Assembly: GCF_000014265.1 (NCBI RefSeq)
Contig: NC_008312.1
Coordinates: forward strand, 3,090,001 to 3,122,000
Direction: 5' to 3'
Origin: Trichodesmium erythraeum IMS101
GTDB lineage: Bacteria > Cyanobacteriota > Cyanobacteriia > Cyanobacteriales > Microcoleaceae
Length of the DNA: 32,000 nucleotides
Below, in pieces: positions 1-7,986 of the stretch (its first letter is position 1; every line of letters starts with the position of its first letter). The notes below the pieces were generated by a model. That model saw only the letters and a list, made by a program, of their open reading frames with translations, made no database searches and had not been told where the DNA came from. The position numbers and the translations under genes were made by a program.

Positions 1-757
1 AGGGTCGCCACTGATGCGGCGATCGTAAAACAGAACGCAGACTCCCCTCCTCATCAGCACGATTCGGACGAGGATTGTTCCTTTCCAGAACCCCAAAAGT
101 AGATATGGCATAAAATTGTAAATTATTCTTAGGAATCCTCTGGCGCAAAATTTTTCTAGTGCGGGGCAAATGTACTTCAAATAAGTCCAATTCCGGGTCC
201 AGACGACCAGGCCAAATTTCTCCCCTTTCGCATTTACTCATTGCCACTGCCAGTCGCAAATTTTTTAGGCGATCGCGCCTGTCCATTAAATCCATAAATC
301 TCCCTATCATCCTCCTGTAAAATTGGTCGTTGCCCAACTCCCATTTATGGAGGAGCAATAAACAGCCAACAATATCTGGAATTAAACATTCATTGAGAAA
401 TTCTTGATGTATTTCATTAGAAATTCCCGAGGCCAAATCGTCAAAAATTTCCCCTGGATAATCTCGAACCACTAAATTGATTTCCTCTGGTTTGCGCCAC
501 CTCCTCTTTTTTTCTATTTGAAAAGAATACAACGGTAAATCGTAAACAGTTTTAATTTTGAACCCATCTATCTCTGTCCTCCTTAAAGAATCTCCACTAA
601 GAATAATATCTTCAGCTTGATTTACTAAATTTTGTGCCTCTTTTGTGATAGGAGTAACTTCAAAATTTTGGTTATGAGTATCCGGCCAATATGCCAGTCC
701 TGCCAGATAAGTTGTTTTGCCAGAACTCCTCGGTCCGATAATACAAATATTTCCCAT
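1..757 (-). CDS. P-loop GTPase-like protein, first 252 codons; the ORF continues past the left window edge (second gene of a GTPase pair)
   Basis: Absent from the ORF track because no stop lies in the window. My minus-strand translation from ATG 755-757 reads MGNICIIGPRSSGKTTYLAGLAYWPDTHNQNFEVTPITKEAQ...LVVRDYPGEIFDD...LAVAMSKCERGE... Motifs: G1/Walker A GPRSSGKT, G3 DYPGE (DxxG), and SKCE where NKxD is expected. GGAGGAGG Shine-Dalgarno at 762-769. The ATG lies 14 nt after the stop of the upstream ORF. Confidence 0.6.
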   Translation of the reverse strand, partial: MGNICIIGPRSSGKTTYLAGLAYWPDTHNQNFEVTPITKEAQNLVNQAEDIILSGDSLRRTEIDGFKIKTVYDLPLYSFQIEKKRRWRKPEEINLVVRDYPGEIFDDLASGISNEIHQEFLNECLIPDIVGCLLLLHKWELGNDQFYRRMIGRFMDLMDRRDRLKNLRLAVAMSKCERGEIWPGRLDPELDLFEVHLPRTRKILRQRIPKNNLQFYAISTFGVLERNNPRPNRADEEGSLRSVLRSPHQWRP

Positions 758-770
758 ATTTCCTCCTCCA

Positions 771-1517
771 TTAATTAGCTAAATAACTAGCTAAATAGAT
801 CCAGGGCAACTCCAGCAAACTACGATCATAGATACTGGTAATAAAACAGCGAACTGATAACCCAGGCCGACTCCTATTTATTTGTGCTATTTGGGATTTT
901 ACCAATCGAAAATAACTATTAACTACATAATTATGACGCTGAAGCCAATTCATCGAAGAACCATCTGGTCGATAAGCCAACCTTTCCGACTCCTCAGAGA
1001 GATTGCAATTTATTAGATCCGCCTTGTTCAGACAAATAACAATATGCTTGGCCTTAGGACAATCATCACAAAAAAATCTAGCCCAACTCTCAAAGCCATT
1101 ACACCACTGCTTTTGAGTCACAAAATTTGTCACCTCCAGATTAGGCAACAATATTTCCCGATAAGGTGGCAAAATCAGCAAAACCCCCTCGCTTTGCCGG
1201 ACAATTTCTTGAAAAGATTCCCATTCCTGGGGGTGTTCCCACTGCCAAGACCTACGAAAGATTTCCCCTGGAGAGTCGATCCAATCTACGGGAACTTCGT
1301 TTAAACCACTAGGCAACCGTACTTGGAGGTTTAGGGGACGATATTGGATGTTTTGAGTTTGTTTGGCCGTTCCATCGCTATTCAGGAGATTGGCCTTAAG
1401 GTTTTGATAAGTTTGGCCCACCATAGAAACCTGGACGTATTGCCCCTGGGGATTAACTAATTCTAGGGCTAAATGAGTTTTGCCTACCGCGCGATCGCCT
1501 ATATAGACGACTCCCAC
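771..1517 (-). CDS. TRAFAC-type GTPase-like protein (first gene of a GTPase pair)
   Basis: 248-aa ORF. Motifs: G1 GDRAVGKT, G3 DSPGE (DxxG), canonical G4 NKAD. I see no resemblance to Era, Der, Obg or translation factor signatures. Confidence 0.7.
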   Translation of the reverse strand: MGVVYIGDRAVGKTHLALELVNPQGQYVQVSMVGQTYQNLKANLLNSDGTAKQTQNIQYRPLNLQVRLPSGLNEVPVDWIDSPGEIFRRSWQWEHPQEWESFQEIVRQSEGVLLILPPYREILLPNLEVTNFVTQKQWCNGFESWARFFCDDCPKAKHIVICLNKADLINCNLSEESERLAYRPDGSSMNWLQRHNYVVNSYFRLVKSQIAQINRSRPGLSVRCFITSIYDRSLLELPWIYLASYLAN

Positions 1518-2205
1518 CTTGATCCTCCCTGCTTTTAATTTAAAATTTTCATATTATATCAAATTGAACAAAGAAGCGAGGGGGCTCTCAACAGGAGTTA
1601 GGAGGCACGAAGAGTTCATTTCTACATTGAACATTTACCCAAGTACGTTCGTGATGCCTTCCATCTCAATGGAAAGGAACTCCATGAGGATGTCAAAAAG
1701 CATATTCAAGAATCTTCAGAAAAACGCAACTACGATCGCCAGGCAAAAATTGCAGCATCTCATCATTCCCCAGAATACTAAGCTTTTAGAGTTCATAAGA
1801 TTTCCAAAACTCAAAACTTTAACGCGCTCAGTAATTTGAGGAATTTATTTAACATTTGCTGTTAATAGTCATTAGTGTTACCTAAGTTGATAAAGTTGAT
1901 ATCAGCCTATATTAGTAATAATAGGTTTCCATATCTGCCTTTAAAAAAAAATCTTAATAATCAGAAAATTTTAGAGTAATATTGTTAATTAATTAAGCAT
2001 TTAACCTACTTAATTAACCGCTAATTTATCTCACAGTAAATCACAAATTATGGTGTTAGATAAAATTTGCTTAATTTCATAAAAAAAAATTCTCTTCAGC
2101 AAAGGCTGCAAATATTCCTGAATACTCTTTCCTCCTAACTCCCAATTAACCATCTAATTATACAAATTATGCCAGATTGAACATCAGGCAAAATAGTGAC
2201 TTCAG

Positions 2206-2802
2206 CTAACTAACTAAACTAATTAAAATGCCGAAAATTTTTGATAAATTATTGAGAGAATATTCTTCTAAGTCTACAATTATAGTTTCAGACTCTAGCT
2301 CTAAAAATTGCCAAACCGTTCCTGTGGTGACAACACCATAAACTTTATTAATATTGTTGCCTTTTCTTTTATTAAAAAGTTGAGCTGCTAGCATTTCTGC
2401 AATGCATTGGGAAAATCCAGACTTAAGATTATCGTTTTTTGCTTCTACTAAAGTAATAACTGGTGCTTCAATAATAAGTTGTCTAGTAGAACGGCTAATA
2501 ATAAAATCACAAAAACCGTTTAAACCTTGGTCAGGATTAACATTAAATTCTATTCCTGAAAAAATGCTAATTTGATTATTTAGCTGTTTCTTTATATCCA
2601 CTAAAATGGGCGCTAAAATTAATTCTGAACGAGCTTTTTCTGAACCGATAGCAACTGCTAAAGGTATATATTCTTTCAAAAGTTCTTGTATTATTTTACT
2701 GGGAAAAATTTCAGGATAGTTGTTAAATTTTCCCTGAAATTCGACTAAATTTAGATTAAAGTTTGTTAGTAATTGCTCTAAGCTGAATTTACTATAAGAC
2801 AT
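2206..2802 (-). CDS. Standalone PD-(D/E)xK nuclease-fold protein, HsdR N-terminal-like domain
   Basis: 198-aa ORF with the ordered motifs SEKARSELILAPIL ... GFCDFIIS ... ITLVEAKNDN ... FSQCIAEM ... GVVTTGTVWQF. This is the D...(E)xK core plus the trailing Q and TxG-W-F typical of type I restriction R-subunit N-terminal domains. Confidence 0.6.
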   Translation of the reverse strand: MSYSKFSLEQLLTNFNLNLVEFQGKFNNYPEIFPSKIIQELLKEYIPLAVAIGSEKARSELILAPILVDIKKQLNNQISIFSGIEFNVNPDQGLNGFCDFIISRSTRQLIIEAPVITLVEAKNDNLKSGFSQCIAEMLAAQLFNKRKGNNINKVYGVVTTGTVWQFLELESETIIVDLEEYSLNNLSKIFGILISLVS

Positions 2803-2808
2803 TTGTTT

Positions 2809-3244
2809 ATTTCAGGTTTCAGGTTTCAGGTGTTAGGTTTTAGGTTTCAGCTTTTAGGTTTCAGGTCTAAAAATTAATAAATTGATAACATCTTACTACC
2901 AAATTTATTAGTTTTAGCCACACCGTTAAATCTTCATAACTTTTTACTTCAATTATTTCTTAGGCGTTAGGTATTAGGTATTAGGTTTTAGGTTTCAGGT
3001 CTAAAAATTAATAAATTGATAACATCTTACTACCAAATTCATTAGTTTTAGCCACACCTTTAAATCTTCATAACTTTTTACCTCAATTATTTCTTAGGTG
3101 TTAGGTATTAGGTGTTATCTTTTAGGTTTCAGCTTTTATATTTCAGGTCTAAAAATTAATAAATTGATAACACCTTACTACCAAATTAATTAGTTTTAGC
3201 CAAACCGTTACATCTTCATAACTTTTTACTTCAATCATTTTCTA
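2809..3244. repeat. Composite tandem repeat: three 99-bp core units (2864-2962, 2998-3096, 3146-3244), each preceded by a heptamer array (TTTCAGG/TTTTAGG/GTATTAG variants)
   Basis: Direct reading. The core GGTCTAAAAATTAATAAATTGATAACATCTTACTACCAAATT.ATTAGTTTTAGCCACACC.TTAAATCTTCATAACTTTTTAC.TCAAT.ATTT recurs three times with few mismatches. Unit periods are 134 and 148 bp because the heptamer arrays differ in length. Confidence 0.9.
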
Positions 3245-3310
3245 TCTTTGCTCTTAAAACCTAAAACCACCAAGCCTACTAAAACTTAAAATATTTGTGA
3301 GTGCTAATAG

Positions 3311-5065
3311 TCAGTTAATAACTAATTTTTTAGCAATAGGCATCCGCCAACCTGTGCCAAAAGCGCGAGTACTAATTTTCAAACCTGGGGGTGCTTGTCT
3401 ACGTTTAAATTCTGCCCTCATGACTAATTTTACTACCTTATTTACCACCTCTAAATCATGTCCTGCAGCAATAATTTTGTCTAAAGATTCGCACTTTTCT
3501 ACTAACCTAAATAAAATATCATCTAAGACTTCATAAGCAGGTAAAGAATCCTCATCCTTTTGACCTTCTTTTAACTCAGCACTGGGAGCTTTTGTCAGTA
3601 TATTTTTGGGAATAATATTTTGCTTTTCAGTCATTAGTAAGTTTTGGGATCCAGAGAATTTTTTATTGTTATTAACTGTCTGTTCATTCAACCACTGACA
3701 TAAAGAATAAACCCGAGTTTTCGGCACATCTGAAATTACTGCTAATCCACCATTCATATCACCATAAAGAGTACAATAACCAACAGCCATTTCTGACTTA
3801 TTGCCTGTAGATAAAAGTAAATAACCAAACTTATTAGAAATAGCCATTAATAAATTTCCACGAATCCGAGATTGAATATTCTCTTCAGCAATACCAAAAT
3901 TTGTACCTGTAAATAAACTTGACAGACTATTATCATAATCCTTCATTAAATTCTCAATAGATATAATTTGTTTAGCAATACCCAAATTTTCTGCTAATTC
4001 TAAAGCATCTTTTACCGAATGCTCAGAACTGTAGGGAGAAGGCATCAAAATAGCAAAGACATTTTCTTTTCCTAATGCAGCAGTAGCGATCGCTGCAACT
4101 AAAGCTGAGTCTATTCCTCCACTTAAACCCAGAACAACTTTAGAAAAACCACACTTTTGTACATAATCTCTTAGGCCTAAAACCAAAGCAGACCAAATTT
4201 CTTCATCCTCACTTTCTGGCAAATTTATACTTTTAAAATCTACTGAAATGAAATCTTTTTTTGCTGAATTAAATTCTACAACTGCCAAACTTGTCTCAAA
4301 AGCTTGAGCACGATAAACCACATTTCCAGCACCATTAAAAACTACACTACAACCATCAAAAATTAAATCATCATTACCACCCACTTGATTGACATAAATA
4401 ATTGGTATTTGATAACAATTTGTACTATGTTTTAACATTGCTTCTCGCAATTTTTGTTTTCCAGTTTGATAGGGAGAAGCTGACATATTAATCACAAAAT
4501 CAACTTTTTGTGCTGCTAATTCTTTCATCGGGTCATAAGCATAATTTCGTTTTCCCCAAAAAGCCTCATCATTCCATAAGTCTTCGCAGATAGTTACACC
4601 TACTTTAGCTAAATTTTCTGAGCTGTTAGAATAATTTTCTAACGTGAAAAAATCCCTAGTTTTACCAGGTTCAAAATATCGGTCTTCATCAAATACATCA
4701 TAAGTAGGTAAAAGTTGTTTATGAAATACTTGTTTGATTTCGCCATTGGTTAATAAAACTGCACTATTAAATAGTGATTTTTCTCCTGTATTAGCGGCTT
4801 GATAATTAAAGGTTACAGTTCCTACTAAAACGGCTATTTCTGATGGTAAATATTTGGCTAAATTTTCTAATTCTAGAACTGCAGCTTCAATTAAACTAGG
4901 ATAAATTAATAAATCTCGTGGGGGATAACCTATTAATGATAATTCTGGAGTTATCATCAACTTAGCATCTAATTTTTTTGCTTTTTGTGCAGCATCCAAA
5001 ATTAATTTGGCATTGCCTGAAATATCACCAATCACAGGATTAAGTTGAGCAATTGCAATTTTCAT
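3311..5065 (-). CDS. nadE: Glutamine-dependent NAD(+) synthetase
   Basis: 584 aa. N-terminal CN-hydrolase (glutaminase) domain with VGVTICEDLWN. C-terminal NAD synthetase domain with PP-loop GLSGGIDSALVA. Length and architecture are typical of two-domain NadE. Confidence 0.95.
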   Translation of the reverse strand: MKIAIAQLNPVIGDISGNAKLILDAAQKAKKLDAKLMITPELSLIGYPPRDLLIYPSLIEAAVLELENLAKYLPSEIAVLVGTVTFNYQAANTGEKSLFNSAVLLTNGEIKQVFHKQLLPTYDVFDEDRYFEPGKTRDFFTLENYSNSSENLAKVGVTICEDLWNDEAFWGKRNYAYDPMKELAAQKVDFVINMSASPYQTGKQKLREAMLKHSTNCYQIPIIYVNQVGGNDDLIFDGCSVVFNGAGNVVYRAQAFETSLAVVEFNSAKKDFISVDFKSINLPESEDEEIWSALVLGLRDYVQKCGFSKVVLGLSGGIDSALVAAIATAALGKENVFAILMPSPYSSEHSVKDALELAENLGIAKQIISIENLMKDYDNSLSSLFTGTNFGIAEENIQSRIRGNLLMAISNKFGYLLLSTGNKSEMAVGYCTLYGDMNGGLAVISDVPKTRVYSLCQWLNEQTVNNNKKFSGSQNLLMTEKQNIIPKNILTKAPSAELKEGQKDEDSLPAYEVLDDILFRLVEKCESLDKIIAAGHDLEVVNKVVKLVMRAEFKRRQAPPGLKISTRAFGTGWRMPIAKKLVIN

Positions 5066-6370
5066 AATTTTTACTGAAAAGTTTGGTCTGAGCGATCGCT
5101 CTTCTAGGGCGACTTTGTAAATTCGTTTTTATTTTATTAATATGTTATCATATTATTAATTTATAAAACTATTAAAGGTACATTTAAGTACCGTATATAT
5201 CCCATACTCGGCAAAAAATAAGATTATTAAAGTTGTTTGCTTATATCTATTTTCTTTATAAGAATAGTCTAGGTTGGTGCTAATTAAAATACAAATTATT
5301 TTAGAATAAAAATAACTTATATGAGCCACAAAAAATATTTATTACCAAACCTAAAAAACTCGAAAAAAGCAATCTCAAAATGGGAAATAACTGTACCTTA
5401 AAGTCAGCTATCAGCTATCAACTAGAAAAAAAATTAGTCTCAAAAAAGAATTAAAAGTCTGACACCGAAAAGATGATCAGCTAAACTTCATCTTTTTGGG
5501 CAGCATGAGCTAGGAAAAGCGCTCAAGCTGACTTCTAAAGTGCTGAATGGTTACAAATAATTTTATAACTGATAACTGAATTGGAAGCTAACTATTAATA
5601 TTTGATTTGATATTTGATTGTGTAAAATACTATTCAGTGATGTTTTACGATCACAAATCTAATATAGCAATTAGTCATGGCTTGGCTTTAGTCAGAGAAT
5701 CTAACGAAATATCAAACGAAAGATAATTGGAATTTGCTCAAAAAGCAAAATCTACCGTGCTTGGTAAAGAACTACAAAAGCTTGTGCAGAAAGTAATACC
5801 CAATTTTCCCAAGTCAATTTCGGAAATTGTTGCCTCAATAATATTAGGTGACATTACCTTCGTTGAATTAAGAAAATGGAAATCTCTTTACTAAATAAGA
5901 CTATGTAAAAAATTAAAGATAGATGTAGTGAGAAAAACTTGGAAAAGAGATTGACATCTATATCTTCCCTCCTATCAAGAAACACTTACAGACTGAGTCA
6001 ATGACATAATTGATGAAATTAACGAAAATTACTTCAATTATGTCAAACATACAAGCTAACAGATTTGACAATGAAAAACCTTGACATTAAGACAGTTCTG
6101 ATTGATCCTACAAATATTAGTCGTAACATTGATGTCAGACAAGGTTTTGGGGATGATGTATTCAGTTTGCTTGATGCTTTTATAGTTATAGTAACAGCAA
6201 TTTCATGGTATTCTAATGTATGTAGCACTTCCCAGTTTAATTGCAGGTATTGTGCACATGCTCGATGGGCTGTTTTAACTTTTTAGTTGCATTCAGTATT
6301 TTCACACTTATAGCGGTCGGCTTAGATATATGGCTTTCAAAAAATACTAGAATTTCAGTTGCCTAAGCTC

Positions 6371-6530
6371 ATGCATAGATCAGATGAGTGTGCTCCGTGC
6401 CGAAAGCCGAAAAACCAGAAGACAATTCTTACTACACCGGAGCTGGTGACCAAACCATTTATCTGTGACGATCTGCTGACCTGCAACAACCCTCACCCCA
6501 TTAAACCATAAATGTGCTAACCCTAATTAA
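6371..6530 (+). repeat. GC-rich dispersed element, copy A; contains a 46-codon ORF (6371-6511, MHRSDECAPCRKPKNQKTILTTPELVTKPFICDDLLTCNNPHPIKP)
   Basis: An island of roughly 50% GC in about 30% GC DNA. Segment 6437-6530 aligns in reverse complement to 11373-11466 at about 80% identity, including an exact 22-mer (6473-6494 = rc of 11407-11428). The reading frame and TAA stop are shared by both copies. Confidence 0.6.
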
Positions 6531-7022
6531 TAGTCAAGTTGTAATTGACTTGTTGGATAAATTTCGTCAATATTTATCCATACCTAATCAGATGGAAAAA
6601 TATACACATTATCATAGGTTAAATAGCGATCGCCTAATCAAATACATTAGACAATTAGCCTTTTGGATTTTTTGCTTTTAGCAAATATTGAATTATCGAT
6701 CATCCTACTCTCAAAGATGTTAATTTATAGCAGTCGCTATTACTATTAGAACATTCTCACGGTTTTCAAATTTAGTTACAAAAAAAATTTAATCTCGCAT
6801 CTTGTGACTTCTGAGCTCAGCTATAAATATCTATTTCTGTGCTATAGTTACTTTAATGGCTGTGGCAACTTTACTTATACCTAATGAATTGAGCCATTTT
6901 TTTCATTCTGAGTTAAAATTTTTATCGTTGGAATTAGAATGAATTTGTTCTACTACGCTTACCAATGTTTCGTGCTTTATTCCTGCTTCTGAATAAATTA
7001 ACCAGCGATCACTATATGGAGT

Positions 7023-7568
7023 TTACTGTAATTTTTTTGTCAAATATTTACTGGGATTAACCCTTGGAATTGAGCCTTCCATCCTAGATCTACGACTAGG
7101 AGTTTCACAAATTAACCTTAATTTCCAGTTATAAGTTGTACCTACTTTTAGTTCTGGTTGTTCCCTAGGAATTTTAATATTTATAATTCCCTGACTCTCA
7201 GGTAATAATGCTTTATTTTGATATACCTTTTTTTGACTAGAATCTTTTAGGATAAACTCTCCAACGATAGCTTTATTTTCTGGCACATAAATAAACATTT
7301 TTGGATGTGATACTAGGGTTACTTTTAATTCTGGTTTTTTGTTTTTTTTCGGAACTAGAGGAGTTATGGTTTTTTTCTTACCACTAAAGCATGGCGTTCC
7401 TCGTGTTCCTCCAGGGATACTATTTTCTGTACCTTCATCAGTCTTTGGAGTCACGTTTGCAAACGCACCTCTTGACAAAAAAACAGTAGATAATCCCAGA
7501 AATAATAATGTCAGAATAAAAGTTTTGGGTTTGAGGAAAGATAGTAATTTGATGTGATGAATACTCAT
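7023..7568 (-). CDS. Secreted DUF928-like protein, apparently truncated by an in-frame TAA
   Basis: Signal peptide (LTLLFLGLSTVFLSRGAFA). Then PGGTRG, ITPLVP, PKMFIYVP, GEFILKD and the Y-W-x-L-x-L-x-C pattern as I recall for DUF928. The same frame stays open for 39 more codons after the stop (6903-7022). Confidence 0.65.
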   Translation of the reverse strand: MSIHHIKLLSFLKPKTFILTLLFLGLSTVFLSRGAFANVTPKTDEGTENSIPGGTRGTPCFSGKKKTITPLVPKKNKKPELKVTLVSHPKMFIYVPENKAIVGEFILKDSSQKKVYQNKALLPESQGIINIKIPREQPELKVGTTYNWKLRLICETPSRRSRMEGSIPRVNPSKYLTKKLQ

Positions 7569-7623
7569 AGTTAGATAAGGTTTGTATTTTTTCTACTTAA
7601 GACTTGCCAAAATAATCTTTTGG

Positions 7624-7665
7624 TAAGAGTAGGAGTCATAAGTCAGGAACCAGGAGTCAGGATAA
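7624..7665. repeat. Heptamer tandem micro-repeat (about six units, consensus AGGAGTC)
   Basis: Direct reading: TAAGAGT AGGAGTC ATAAGTC AGGAACC AGGAGTC AGGATAA, in the spacer upstream of the DUF928-like gene. Confidence 0.75.
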
Positions 7666-7986
7666 ATAGAAATTCTAGAGGAGCTGATAGGATACATTTG
7701 TCCCTTAATTTTCCTGCCATAGTTAACTTAAGATGCTAACTTTTTGGCTCCTCAGACTCCAAAAGCTATACTTTATTTCTCTCCAAAAAAAGTACCTACC
7801 TTTATCTTTCAAGACTTTTAGATTCAATCAGCACATTTCGATCAATTCAATCAGCAAATTAATAATTATGGTTTGCTTGGACAGTATTTTCCCTAAACAC
7901 TTAAAACTTTTTATTTAATTTTTAGCTTATTAATATCAGTTTGTTACTCAACAGACAATTTAAGAAGAAATTATCAAATTTAAAAA

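Noticed and set aside
1044-1304. 86-aa plus-strand ORF
   Set aside because: It lies entirely antisense within the GTPase-like gene 771-1517 and has no motifs. It is a typical shadow ORF.
1519-1839. 106-aa plus-strand ORF from the track
   Set aside because: It has a non-ATG start and low-complexity, AT-driven composition (many I/K/N/F/L). Another frame of the same region looks more protein-like (see the finding at 1602-1781).
2809-3244. Possible CRISPR array
   Set aside because: The conserved units are 99 bp, far longer than CRISPR repeats. The variable parts are heptamer tandem repeats rather than unique spacers. There are no cas genes in the window.
3297-3536. 79-aa plus-strand ORF
   Set aside because: Antisense shadow ORF within nadE.
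6043-6286. Overlapping 61-aa (-) and 73-aa (+) ORFs
   Set aside because: They are mutually antisense, with no ribosome-binding site or motifs, and lie in an AT-rich spacer. Most likely chance ORFs.
6437-6530. DGR template/variable repeat pair (with 11373-11466)
   Set aside because: Mismatches between the two copies involve all four bases rather than adenine-specific substitutions. There is no reverse transcriptase gene nearby, and neither copy sits at the 3' end of an intact target gene.
7339-7557. 72-aa plus-strand ORF
   Set aside because: Antisense shadow ORF within the DUF928-like gene.
7733-7918. 61-aa plus-strand ORF. The same judgement applies to 18820-19014 and 25520-25732.
   Set aside because: AT-rich spacer ORFs with Leu/Ile/Phe/Lys-dominated composition and no recognisable features.
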